IMG/VR virus record: IMGVR_UViG_3300027914_000334
Coordinates: 32,001-96,000 of that record
DNA: 64,000 nt
Source of the DNA: a virus
Lineage: Duplodnaviria > Caudoviricetes
Reading direction: 5' to 3' (one strand)
The notes beneath the pieces were generated by a model that saw nothing but the letters and a program-made list of their open reading frames with translations, made no database searches and was not told the origin of the DNA. Of the stretch, positions 9,784 to 19,739 are shown one piece after another (the stretch's first letter is position 1; every line of letters starts with the position of its first letter). The translations under genes and the position numbers were made by a program.

Positions 9784-10818
9784 TTATTTCGAAAAAAAAT
9801 TTCTATAAAACATAACAGATTCATTAATAGTATCAGCTATGTTCTTATTTGAAAATCTGTTATTTTTAACGATTTCGATTATACTAGAACTTTTAAAATT
9901 ACTCAATGGTATTACAGGAATTCCTAATTCTTCAGCAGCAATACCTCTAGTATCTACTCTAATTAATACAGTTCTGCCACCAATACCGTGAATTGGTAAT
10001 GCAGTGTGTAGTCTAGTCGAAATACATATATCAACATGACTATAAAATTCAATCATTTCTTTGGAATTATTAAATCGCACACATTCACCAAATGTATTAT
10101 TAGTAAATTCATAGTCGATTATATTTACCTGTGCGAAAAATTTACATGGCTTACCAGTATAATTTTCTATGAATTGTTTGGTTTCTTTTATTTCCGTTAT
10201 TAATTCTTCTTTATCTTCTCTGTTTTTAATATAATCGGCTGTGATATTAATTGCATTATATTGTTTATCTGTATTAAAGATTCCATGTTTCAAACAAGCA
10301 AATGTTCCAGTACATGGAAGTAGCGTTGAATTAACATTATTTGTTTCTAAGTATCTTTGAGCCATCTTGTCTCTAGTTGTAATTAATTTTGTGTTATTAC
10401 AGGCTTTATCCAAAATTATTTCATTGAGAAGTGATTTGTTAAGATGTGCAGCAAATTCATCTGGAGTTATAGACTCAGATGGATAACCACCACCACCGGC
10501 CAATCTTAGAATAGGAACACCTGTATAGTTTAAATAATCCCATATTTCATTATCGTAGAAAAATCTCCACTCTTCAAAATTGTTATATTGTGGCATACCA
10601 CCATAAATTATAAAATCACACGTTCTCATAATCTCCATCTGTTCTCTAGTGAAAGGTTCCCATCTACTTATAAGCACCCATTCAATAGGTATTGGTTTAA
10701 GTGCTTCTTCAATAATATATTGAAGACCATGACCAATGAAACAATCACCCACATTTGAATTGTTATAGCTTTCTTGATTTGTCTCATCAATAATCCTTGT
10801 CAGCAATGCTATTTTCAT
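9784..10818 (-). CDS. polysaccharide pyruvyl transferase family protein
   Basis: N.NVGD, IIYGG, TRD and ISTRLH motifs. Confidence 0.8.
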   Translation of the reverse strand: MKIALLTRIIDETNQESYNNSNVGDCFIGHGLQYIIEEALKPIPIEWVLISRWEPFTREQMEIMRTCDFIIYGGMPQYNNFEEWRFFYDNEIWDYLNYTGVPILRLAGGGGYPSESITPDEFAAHLNKSLLNEIILDKACNNTKLITTRDKMAQRYLETNNVNSTLLPCTGTFACLKHGIFNTDKQYNAINITADYIKNREDKEELITEIKETKQFIENYTGKPCKFFAQVNIIDYEFTNNTFGECVRFNNSKEMIEFYSHVDICISTRLHTALPIHGIGGRTVLIRVDTRGIAAEELGIPVIPLSNFKSSSIIEIVKNNRFSNKNIADTINESVMFYRNFFSK

Positions 10819-11105
10819 TTTTTTATTCCCTTCACATAATCGTCAAAGTCTTTCAGTATGCTCTCTAGTGTCTCTTCATTGCTTGGCTCATTATTGGTAA
10901 GAGTTGTTGGTAATAATGAATCGTCTTGAAATTTCATATTCACATGACAATTATATACTAACTGTCCTACGGCGTCAGCTAAGTCCTTACTATTATGAAC
11001 ATATGGACCATCACTTAATTTAAAATTATTAAATTTTTCAACTTCTATATCATAAACAGGTACAGCTATTTTTAATTGAATCCTAGTTGTTTTCTTTATT
11101 TTCAT
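10815..11105 (-). CDS. terminase large subunit C-terminal fragment with split-intein C-half (IntC 10992..11105)
   Basis: VYDIEV..NNF.L..G.YVHN followed by Ser+1 and KDLADAV. Confidence 0.9.
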   Translation of the reverse strand: MKIKKTTRIQLKIAVPVYDIEVEKFNNFKLSDGPYVHNSKDLADAVGQLVYNCHVNMKFQDDSLLPTTLTNNEPSNEETLESILKDFDDYVKGIKK

Positions 11106-11799
11106 TTGATTTCATCCATTCTTCTAAAAAATTTATAGCGTCCTGTTCTGTTAAAAACCATCCTAAATGTTTTTTATATTTTACAACTCTCCACTTTTCT
11201 TTTGCTTTACGGCAATGAGAGTATGATACTCCTGTAACTTTTGAAGTTCTATTGCATTTATTATGTGGTTGGCTTTTAATAACTCCAGAATAATCTATAA
11301 CATCTGGATAATTTAATATGGCAAATTCTCCACGCTTTTCTCTAGCTTCCTTATCATATGCTAGGGCTGCAATATTTGCTGTCTTATAATATCCAATCGA
11401 TTTACCATCTATGGACGCTTTATAACAATTTTGACTTTCCTTTGTAACACCAATAAACCCACATTCGTTTGGAGTTCTAATGGAATTCCACGCATTACCT
11501 TTGTAATCTGTCAATCTTAAATTTTCTTTTCGATTATCAAGGCGATTATGATTCTTATGGTCTATAACTACACCATCTCCAATTTCCAAATTAAACACAT
11601 ATCTATGAGCAATTATATTTTTTTGAACAATATTATTTTTTGAATGGCTTCCAGATATATGTTTTACAGTAATGGCATAGCCATCATGATAGTACCACTT
11701 ATGTTGTATAAATTTCTCATAATCCTCATCATCTACTAACATTACTTTTCCACAGCCACTATTACCGTTAAGTTTAATTTCTTTCATATTTCCCTCCAT
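11083..11799 (-). CDS. free-standing HNH-AP2 homing endonuclease
   Basis: LVDDED, IDHKNHNRLDNRKENLR, AP2 motif GYY.T...AALAYD..A....GEFA.LN, second AP2-like repeat. Confidence 0.9.
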   Translation of the reverse strand: MEGNMKEIKLNGNSGCGKVMLVDDEDYEKFIQHKWYYHDGYAITVKHISGSHSKNNIVQKNIIAHRYVFNLEIGDGVVIDHKNHNRLDNRKENLRLTDYKGNAWNSIRTPNECGFIGVTKESQNCYKASIDGKSIGYYKTANIAALAYDKEAREKRGEFAILNYPDVIDYSGVIKSQPHNKCNRTSKVTGVSYSHCRKAKEKWRVVKYKKHLGWFLTEQDAINFLEEWMKSNENKENN

Positions 11800-11825
11800 A
11801 TGATCTTTAGTATATAACAGTATGG

Positions 11826-13889
11826 TCAGTCTTGTAAATCATCATTATCGTTAAGTTCATCAGCTCGTTTATAAATACCACTTTTTAATAAAAATCTATG
11901 ATCTGGAGTGCATCTTATCTTTTTACCATTTTCAAATTCCAATTCTATTAATTCATCAACATATTTTGTCAATTTCCAATCTTTAACTTGAGATATGGTT
12001 TCGTTTTTATTATTAATATCATAACATTTGCACATTTTACCCACCAATTTGTCTTTATCGTCTATTCGGACTAATGATCCATCTGCCAATTCTATTTCAG
12101 TATCTCCAATGAAACAACCCTTCACCGGATGGTCTATCTTATCATTAACATAATTTCTTTCTAGTCTATTAAGCTCATCTTCCAATACTGGATGATATAT
12201 GCATTTAACTCTATTTTCATACAATGCTGTTCTAAATGTCTCATATGGTTCTGTTGTTTTATCCATAGATATATAATCGAAATTAACTCCGTTTCTTCGC
12301 AAAATTTGTTGCATATCTGCCGACTGGAATCCGTCAGCAGAACCATACTTGATCTTATATCCAAGCTTTTTGAGCTTGAATATCAAGAAACGTAGCCTAG
12401 ACAATTCTACTTCTCCAAACTCTGCCTCTGGATAAACCTGTAATAACATTTCAACTTTTACTATAGGTAATCTTGCTTTTACCACTTGCATTTGCTGTAT
12501 TTCATCATTAAAAAATTCTCGCTCAATAGATACCAAGTCTTCGATATATCCCATAGCAAAACCAAGCTTATCTTTTTTAAGACCAATATCCATGGCGATA
12601 TATCGAATCTTATCTCTATTATCTGGCTTGAATTTAACGATCTTCTCTATACATTCATACTGTGGTTTTGGAGACAGGGTAGCCTTATCAACTGAGAATA
12701 CTCGTTCGATAGATTCATCGAACATCTCTTGAATCTTTTCTTTCTGACCAACAAAAGGCTGGACAGAGTAAACGGCAACACCGGCTATATCTCTAAGAGC
12801 ATTGTCTATGTCCTTCTTGAACTTGTCATAAAAGTCAACAGGAATAGAGATAACATCACCAACAACATCGGTTTCGTTACCATCGAGAATTCGACTTTTT
12901 CTGTTAAGACCACCGACCTCAACCTTGAACTCTTCCTTAGAATACCTATCTCTATTAACTTTCCAAAGGTTATAATCTAAGACATAGGTTGTCTTATCTT
13001 CGGCTTCCTTTGCTAACTTAATGCGTTGTTCTGTGAAGTCATTTGGATACACACGAGAAGAACCGACATATAGAATACCGGGCTTTCTTCCTGCTTTTAA
13101 GAAGCGTGATTCCTGTCTTCTAAGTAGCGAGTTGTAGAGAACAAGAGCCTCATCATACATACCATCTGGGTTGTTTCCGCGTTTTGAATTCTCTACTACC
13201 TTGAAGAAGTTGGCTTCGTCCAGTGCGGCTGAGAATATATTCAAACCAATAGCTGATGACTGTGAAGATGATCCATTGAAGAATTCTATATTGCTTGGAA
13301 ATTGCAAAGATTCGCTTGCTCTTTTATCATCGAAGTAAAAATTCTCTTTAAAGTAGTCGATAGCCTTAACCATTTCCTTAACAGCACCGAAGATATTTTT
13401 CTTCGATTGTTTCTCTGTAATAGATATTACCATGATACCTATCTTGGATACTTGCGACAATCCGAAGTATCTTTGTGGGTTCTTGAAACATGACAGTAAA
13501 TACAGATGCCATAACAATCCAAGTTCCATGAAGAATGATTTTCCAAATCCAATACCACCAGTAGCAACAACTTCTCTATATACTGCGTTTATATCATGTA
13601 CCTTACAGAACTCATCTTTAAGAACCGGATACATGGTTTCAGCAACACCAGTTCCTGTTTTGGGGTTTCTTCCACAATAATAGCCATCTTCTAGGAATAC
13701 TCTAGGAGTGACAGGTTCATGTTTAAAAGGATACATATCTTCTATAACGTCTGAAAACAAATCCTCAATCACCAAATTTAATATTTCTGTATTATTTTGA
13801 TGTTTCTCGACAATATGACGGGTTTCTGGCTTTGCCATTAACATTTTATTGATAGCAGATTTTATCTGGTCTTTATTAAAAAATTGCAT
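11826..13889 (-). CDS. terL: terminase large subunit N-terminal fragment with split-intein N-half (IntN 11829..12116)
   Basis: Walker A GGIGFGKS, Walker B AALDEANF, nuclease MDIG..KD and DGFQS; ends CFIGDTEI...IRCTPDHRF...stop. Confidence 0.92.
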   Translation of the reverse strand: MQFFNKDQIKSAINKMLMAKPETRHIVEKHQNNTEILNLVIEDLFSDVIEDMYPFKHEPVTPRVFLEDGYYCGRNPKTGTGVAETMYPVLKDEFCKVHDINAVYREVVATGGIGFGKSFFMELGLLWHLYLLSCFKNPQRYFGLSQVSKIGIMVISITEKQSKKNIFGAVKEMVKAIDYFKENFYFDDKRASESLQFPSNIEFFNGSSSQSSAIGLNIFSAALDEANFFKVVENSKRGNNPDGMYDEALVLYNSLLRRQESRFLKAGRKPGILYVGSSRVYPNDFTEQRIKLAKEAEDKTTYVLDYNLWKVNRDRYSKEEFKVEVGGLNRKSRILDGNETDVVGDVISIPVDFYDKFKKDIDNALRDIAGVAVYSVQPFVGQKEKIQEMFDESIERVFSVDKATLSPKPQYECIEKIVKFKPDNRDKIRYIAMDIGLKKDKLGFAMGYIEDLVSIEREFFNDEIQQMQVVKARLPIVKVEMLLQVYPEAEFGEVELSRLRFLIFKLKKLGYKIKYGSADGFQSADMQQILRRNGVNFDYISMDKTTEPYETFRTALYENRVKCIYHPVLEDELNRLERNYVNDKIDHPVKGCFIGDTEIELADGSLVRIDDKDKLVGKMCKCYDINNKNETISQVKDWKLTKYVDELIELEFENGKKIRCTPDHRFLLKSGIYKRADELNDNDDLQD

Positions 13890-13953
13890 TTTTTACCCCT
13901 TGACTTTTGCCAAAATACGTTGTACAAACACATTATCATTAATGGAGGTTTGT

Positions 13954-14778
13954 ATGGCTGATAATTTAGTTATTTTAATTCATGGTAAAGCGTTTGCAGG
14001 TAAAGATAGTGTTTACAACACTCTAAGAATAATGACCTCAAAATACTTCCAGAACATAACATACAATGATTATCAGAGTTTTGTAAACAACGTATATACC
14101 GAAACAGTTCCAGAATTTCTAATGCAACATGTAGAACACTGTATTCGCGTTCCATTTGCTGATGAAGTGAAGAAAGAATTATGTAGGATAAATCCAAAAG
14201 TAGATTACCAGAGGCTTATGTCCGATCCAGTATATAAGTCTTCATTCAGGAAAGAACTCGTAGAAATAGGAGATGGATATAGGCAGGATGATCCGGCTAT
14301 CTGGGTTAAGAAACATAGAGAAACATTCTTCCCACTCCTGAAGAAAATATCCAAGAAAGTTGTATTTATTACTGATGTAAGGTACGTCAATGAATATAAC
14401 TATGGGGAAGAGATCGAAAAAGAGACAAACAATATAGTGTTAAGAATCAAGATAGATGCCCCACTTCCAGATAGGCTTACTAGAATGTCGTATGATGCTG
14501 TTAAGAAGTATGTGAAATACAGCAAATATAACGCTGGTGAAAATATGGAAGAGATTTCTGAAAGGGCTGGCTGTAAGCTGAAATGGGATTTGGTAATAGA
14601 TAATCCAAATTTCACACCAAGTAATAGCTTCAATGCGATACCATATATCCCATTTCTTCCTGTCATAACAAATACAATAGCATATAACGGTTATTATACA
14701 GATTTATTTAAAATGCTGTCTCCACAATTACAAACAATAGCAAAATTATATGAAAATATGAGGGAAGCTAGAATATGA
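13954..14778 (+). CDS. P-loop dNMP kinase / phosphomevalonate-kinase-like protein
   Basis: GKAFAGKD, FAD.VK, R..LV..GD..R..DP..WV, ITDVRY.NE; GGAGG RBS before ATG 13954. Confidence 0.75.
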   Translation: MADNLVILIHGKAFAGKDSVYNTLRIMTSKYFQNITYNDYQSFVNNVYTETVPEFLMQHVEHCIRVPFADEVKKELCRINPKVDYQRLMSDPVYKSSFRKELVEIGDGYRQDDPAIWVKKHRETFFPLLKKISKKVVFITDVRYVNEYNYGEEIEKETNNIVLRIKIDAPLPDRLTRMSYDAVKKYVKYSKYNAGENMEEISERAGCKLKWDLVIDNPNFTPSNSFNAIPYIPFLPVITNTIAYNGYYTDLFKMLSPQLQTIAKLYENMREARI

Positions 14779-15416
14779 ACGTTAAACTTTTGCGATATAC
14801 GAAAGACCCGCTCCAAACAATCATAGATGCCTATCGGCGTTGTCATTTATCAGAAGAAAAGTCCGATACACAATGCGAATGTATTGGTGATAGTGATGAA
14901 AAACTGCTCAAGAAGTGTATTAAGTTAGGACACCATTCACCTTTGGAGTTTGTAGATTTTGAATTTGATATCACTCTCTCTAAGGTTGCCGATAGACAAT
15001 TGTGCCGTCATAGAATGGCTTCCTATGCTGGAGAGAGCATGAGATATGTCACAGCTAATGATTATTTTACACCCAAGACTATATTCAATAACGATAAGGC
15101 AATGTCTATCTTTATGGCATCGATGTTGCACTCGTTTTCCAAGTACCAAGAACTTATAGAAAACGGGGTGAATATTGAAGATGCACGATATGTATTACCT
15201 CTGGCAACTACTGGCAAGTTTCTTTATAAGACCAATCTTAGATCACTCAGAAACGCTATTGCCGAAAGAACCTGTAAATACGCACAGACCGAAATAAGAG
15301 AAATCTTCTTACAGATAAAGGAACTTGTAGCGAGTATCCAGCCTATTTTCCTTTATCGAACAGAAAAGATGTATTCCTGTGAAGTTAAGTGTGGACAGTG
15401 TATGGGAGTTATGTAA
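14775..15416 (+). CDS. thyX: flavin-dependent thymidylate synthase
   Basis: GHHSPLE, RQLCRHRMASY..ESMRY, EDARYVLP, AQTEIR. Confidence 0.95.
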   Translation: MNVKLLRYTKDPLQTIIDAYRRCHLSEEKSDTQCECIGDSDEKLLKKCIKLGHHSPLEFVDFEFDITLSKVADRQLCRHRMASYAGESMRYVTANDYFTPKTIFNNDKAMSIFMASMLHSFSKYQELIENGVNIEDARYVLPLATTGKFLYKTNLRSLRNAIAERTCKYAQTEIREIFLQIKELVASIQPIFLYRTEKMYSCEVKCGQCMGVM

Positions 15417-15949
15417 TGAATTATCATTTATTTGATAATATATTGAATAACATAACAAACGAAGCTATCCGCAAGTTTACAATCAACGTTCTTGATGCCT
15501 GTGATCCAATCCTAGAAAAGATTCCAGCGTCTACATCTGGTAAGTATCATCCAGAAGAATGTTGTAGAGAAGGTGGGCTTGTGATTCATATTTTACGAGC
15601 TTGCTTCTTCGGTAATATGTTAATAAATTCTATGAATTTAGATAAGAATGACATAAAAGGAGATATAATTCTTTCTTCATTGCTTCTTCACGATATTGCA
15701 AAGAAGGAAAAATATAAAAACTATCAAGAATACGATTTTCATCCAGTTAATGCGGCTAGACACGTTGAAGTTTTCAAAGGTAATTTAAACGAAACGTATT
15801 TTAAATTGATACAGGAATGTATTAAGCATCATATGGGTCCATTCATGGGAAATACATACAAGAAATCACTATCCAAATATAATATTTTGGAATTGATTGT
15901 TTATCAGTCAGACTACCTAGCTTCAAAGAAGGAAATAGATATTAAATGA
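15416..15949 (+). CDS. HD-domain hydrolase
   Basis: PAS.SGKYHP, GGL..H, LLHDIAK, HMG, DYL.S. Confidence 0.85.
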   Translation: MNYHLFDNILNNITNEAIRKFTINVLDACDPILEKIPASTSGKYHPEECCREGGLVIHILRACFFGNMLINSMNLDKNDIKGDIILSSLLLHDIAKKEKYKNYQEYDFHPVNAARHVEVFKGNLNETYFKLIQECIKHHMGPFMGNTYKKSLSKYNILELIVYQSDYLASKKEIDIK

Positions 15950-16719
15950 AATATATAGATATCCCAAATAAAAATATTAAGAATGTAATATATATGGTAA
16001 CAAATATCATAAATGGGAAGTCATATATAGGTCAAACAATATATTTGCTTAGAAAGAGAATGACTAAACATAAGTCCGGTAATAATACATATCCATTGGG
16101 AATGGCTATTAGGAAGTATGGTTGTGAAAACTTCGAAGTAAGAATCCTACACAAATGTTCATCTTTAGATGAACTAAATAGGTTAGAAGTAGAAGAAATT
16201 AAAAACAGAAATACGTTAATACCAAATGGGTATAATATAGAAATTGGAGGAAATAATAAATGTTCAAACGAGGAAAGTATTAAAAAGATAAAAAATTGGT
16301 ACAAAAATAACAAAAGAAAATTCTCTGATATAATTAATAGTAAAGAAAACCGAGATAAAGTTTCAACAAATACGAAAATTGGGATATATAAAAAAGTTGG
16401 GGAGATTGAACGACGACGTAGTTTAATGTTTGAGAGAAATAAAAATGATTTTGACAAAAATTTACTATTGATGACAAAACTAGTGGAATATATTAGATAC
16501 GAAGATGCGTTTATTTTAAATGAACATATGATTAATGACATAGTAAGATTTATAAAAGCCAAGTATTCAATACCTTCTATATGGAAGTCACTCAAAACGA
16601 AAAGATATCTAAGAAATATCTATGGAGATTGCACAATGTTATCAATAGGTAATATTAGAGGTATTATAAAACGTCATGATCTATTGGCAACTTCCCAAAA
16701 ATGCATTGAAATCAAGTAA
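15946..16719 (+). CDS. GIY-YIG homing endonuclease
   Basis: VIY.VTN.INGKSYIGQT, AIRKYG, E...I, PNGYN. Confidence 0.88.
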   Translation: MKYIDIPNKNIKNVIYMVTNIINGKSYIGQTIYLLRKRMTKHKSGNNTYPLGMAIRKYGCENFEVRILHKCSSLDELNRLEVEEIKNRNTLIPNGYNIEIGGNNKCSNEESIKKIKNWYKNNKRKFSDIINSKENRDKVSTNTKIGIYKKVGEIERRRSLMFERNKNDFDKNLLLMTKLVEYIRYEDAFILNEHMINDIVRFIKAKYSIPSIWKSLKTKRYLRNIYGDCTMLSIGNIRGIIKRHDLLATSQKCIEIK

Positions 16720-16805
16720 GAACTATCGTAGAATCTATACAGTAACGGCGAATGGAGTATTTAAAATTTTACTCCATTCGCCTATTTATACTACCGGAGA
16801 AGGAT

Positions 16806-19739
16806 ATGTTCACAAAACTTTCACAAGAGCAAATTAATTCTAAGAAAGATTTTATTCGTCATTTTATTGGAAGTAAAAATGCGGCAGATGGAAGCACAGT
16901 CGATGCCAATGCTAACGTTACAACCAAGAACATAGCTAATCTACATGGAGAAATCCATAAAGATATCAATATTCAATTAAACAGAGCTATGAATTACGAT
17001 AAGATTAAGGAACTGTTTGGTGAACATTTAGCAAAAGAATACTTACGGCAGATAAATAGCCATGAAATCTACGTTCATGATGAGTCTAATATAAACCTCC
17101 CGTATTGTGTTGCATTATCTTTGCATCCTTTCATTACAAATGGATTAAAACAGCTTGGGGGAGAATCAAAGGCTCCTAAACATATTTCTAGTTTCTGTGG
17201 TGGATTTGTAAACCTTTTGCTTGCTGTAAGTGGACAATTCGCCGGAGCATGTGCAACCACCGAATTTTTTATTTATATGGATTATTTTGCCAGAAAAGAT
17301 TACGGAGAAAATTACCTTGAGACACATAAAGCGGAAATAACTCAGCATTTACAGCATGTAGTATATGTAATCAACCAACCAGCGGTAGCTAGGAATAGTC
17401 AATCTGTATTCTGGAATGTTTCTATCCTCGATAAGTATTTCATGAAAGGTTTATTTGAACATTTCAGATATCCAGATAATTCCGAATTGAATTACGAAAG
17501 CGTTGATAAGTTACAATTCTTCTTCTTAAATTGGTTTAATAAAGAACGAGAGAGAACTGTTCTTACGTTTCCTGTTGTTTCTGTTTCTATGTTAAGTGAT
17601 ACAAAAACAAATACTCCTAAAGATTATGAATTCGCTAATAAGATAGCCGAAGAAATGGAAAGGAAGAATAGCTTCTTTATATATCATAGTAATAGCGTTG
17701 ATTCGTTAAGTTCTTGTTGCTTTACAGGAGATCAAAAGACGCTTACAAAATCTTCTAATGGTGTAAATTATATGTCATTCGAAGAACTTGAAAGGTCTAA
17801 ATATAATGACACAAAACGCAATTTTACTATATTTCATAACGGATCATGGTGCAAAGGAAATATTGTAAAAATTCAATATGGTGGAAAAATTACAGAGGTT
17901 GTTACTGTTAATAACAAAGTAATAAAAGTTACAGAAGATCATATTCATGCTACGTTAGATGGCGACAAAAAAACTTCCGAATTGACAGAAAACGACTATC
18001 TATTATTTTCAAAATTGGAACTCAATACATTCCCAGAAAAAGACCTCAATCTTAAGGAATATCACGGTATGCTTATAGGAGCATATCTTGGTGATGGAAG
18101 CTGTTATGTAAATGAAGCACTTTCAGAAGACGCAGAAACAAAATATGCTGTTAATCTTTCTATTAACGAAGATAAATACAAAAAACTTATTGTTGCTTTA
18201 AGAATGGTATGTAAGTCTATACATGGAAGTTATGACTGCTTAAAATTACATAAGTCATATAATAATGTATATCCTGTTGTTATTTATTCTAAGAAAATAT
18301 ATGACTTTATCAAATATTGGGTTGGTGGCAATTATGCCGTAAGCAAACAGTTAAATCTTGAATGTTTATTACAATCATCTGATTTTAGAAAAGGTATTTA
18401 CAAAGGTTATTATATTACTGATGGTGGTAATTCAAATCGAATATATACCACATCAGAAGCCCTCTGTATGCAAATGGAAGTATTGTTCACAAGTCTTGGT
18501 ATGCCAACCATCATTGATGTTTCTGATAGGACAGACGAACCAGTTATAATCAGAGGTCAACATTTTAACAGGAATCATAAATTATACTGTATTAGATGGT
18601 ATGCTTCTAACAACAAGCGTTCTATGCAAGATGTATATGTTGTTAGAAACAACAATGTTTACTTTAAGATTAAAAGTCTCAAAGAAGTTAAATATGATGA
18701 AATGTTCGTTTATTGTTTCCAAATGGCCGATCAATCTGAACCATACTTTACACTTCCAAATGGAATCATAACGCACAACTGTAGACTTCGCAACGCTATC
18801 CAGTCTAATGAATTCTCCTATACACTTGGGAATATAGGTATTATGACTGGTTCTATTCATGTAATAACTCTAAATATGAATAGGTTGATTCAGAAATATC
18901 ATAGGAAGTGGATGTATGAAGAAAGAGTTGGAAAACATAGTGAAATGACAGACTTCATAGCTAACAACATACGAGAAGAAATACAAACCATTCACAAATA
19001 TCATGTGGCATTTAGACAGATATTAAAAGATTACCAGTCAGCAGGACTATTACCCGTATATGATGCTGGCTTTATCACTCTGGATAAACAATATTCGACT
19101 ATAGGTATTAATGGACTTGTAGAAGGTTGTGAGTATCTTGGTTTTGAAATCTCTAACAACCCAGATTATATTAGATTTGTCTCTTCTCTTCTCAAAGTAA
19201 TAAGTGATGAAAATAAAAAGGCCAAAGAATCCTATAAGTGTATGTTTAATACTGAATTTGTTCCAGCCGAAAATCTCGGTGTTAAAAATGCCAAATGGGA
19301 CAAAGAAGATGACTATAAAGTAACAAGAGATTGTTACAATTCATATTTTTATATTGTTGAAAATGAGTCTGTAAATGTTATAGATAAATTCATACTTCAT
19401 GGAGATCAAATAACAAAATATCTTGATGGTGGGTCTGCTTTGCATCTTAATCTCCAAGAACATCTGACCAAAGAACAATATTTACATCTCATGAACATAG
19501 CAATAAAAACTGGATGTAGTTATTGGACAATTAATGTTCTAGCTACTTGTTGTGAAGAGTGTGAACATATCGACAAGGATACTCTACTTAAATGTTCTAA
19601 GTGTGGGAGTAGTAATATTACATATGCCACCAGAATTATTGGGTATCTTAAAAAGATATCCTCATTCTCGACACCAAGACAAATTGAAACGTCAAAGCGT
19701 TACAGACATGGAGCAATAACCAATGACATTCGAAGATGA
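16806..19739 (+). CDS. nrdD: anaerobic (class III) ribonucleoside-triphosphate reductase, intein-containing
   Basis: PYC, LTFPV, SC|CR, FVPAENL, C-terminal CxxC..CxxC and glycyl-radical motif RIIGYL; start reassigned to the ATG after the GGAGAAGG RBS. Confidence 0.95.
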   Translation: MFTKLSQEQINSKKDFIRHFIGSKNAADGSTVDANANVTTKNIANLHGEIHKDINIQLNRAMNYDKIKELFGEHLAKEYLRQINSHEIYVHDESNINLPYCVALSLHPFITNGLKQLGGESKAPKHISSFCGGFVNLLLAVSGQFAGACATTEFFIYMDYFARKDYGENYLETHKAEITQHLQHVVYVINQPAVARNSQSVFWNVSILDKYFMKGLFEHFRYPDNSELNYESVDKLQFFFLNWFNKERERTVLTFPVVSVSMLSDTKTNTPKDYEFANKIAEEMERKNSFFIYHSNSVDSLSSCCFTGDQKTLTKSSNGVNYMSFEELERSKYNDTKRNFTIFHNGSWCKGNIVKIQYGGKITEVVTVNNKVIKVTEDHIHATLDGDKKTSELTENDYLLFSKLELNTFPEKDLNLKEYHGMLIGAYLGDGSCYVNEALSEDAETKYAVNLSINEDKYKKLIVALRMVCKSIHGSYDCLKLHKSYNNVYPVVIYSKKIYDFIKYWVGGNYAVSKQLNLECLLQSSDFRKGIYKGYYITDGGNSNRIYTTSEALCMQMEVLFTSLGMPTIIDVSDRTDEPVIIRGQHFNRNHKLYCIRWYASNNKRSMQDVYVVRNNNVYFKIKSLKEVKYDEMFVYCFQMADQSEPYFTLPNGIITHNCRLRNAIQSNEFSYTLGNIGIMTGSIHVITLNMNRLIQKYHRKWMYEERVGKHSEMTDFIANNIREEIQTIHKYHVAFRQILKDYQSAGLLPVYDAGFITLDKQYSTIGINGLVEGCEYLGFEISNNPDYIRFVSSLLKVISDENKKAKESYKCMFNTEFVPAENLGVKNAKWDKEDDYKVTRDCYNSYFYIVENESVNVIDKFILHGDQITKYLDGGSALHLNLQEHLTKEQYLHLMNIAIKTGCSYWTINVLATCCEECEHIDKDTLLKCSKCGSSNITYATRIIGYLKKISSFSTPRQIETSKRYRHGAITNDIRR
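17718..18779 (+). mobile_element. 354-aa intein with LAGLIDADG endonuclease in NrdD
   Basis: starts CFTGDQ, block B VTEDH, LIGAYLGDG and GYYITDG, ends ITHN before Cys+1. Confidence 0.92.

Noticed and set aside
11083-11825. Group I intron interrupting terL
   Set aside because: Only about 26 nt of non-coding sequence flank the HNH gene, too little for a ribozyme core, and the IntC ORF has its own ATG.
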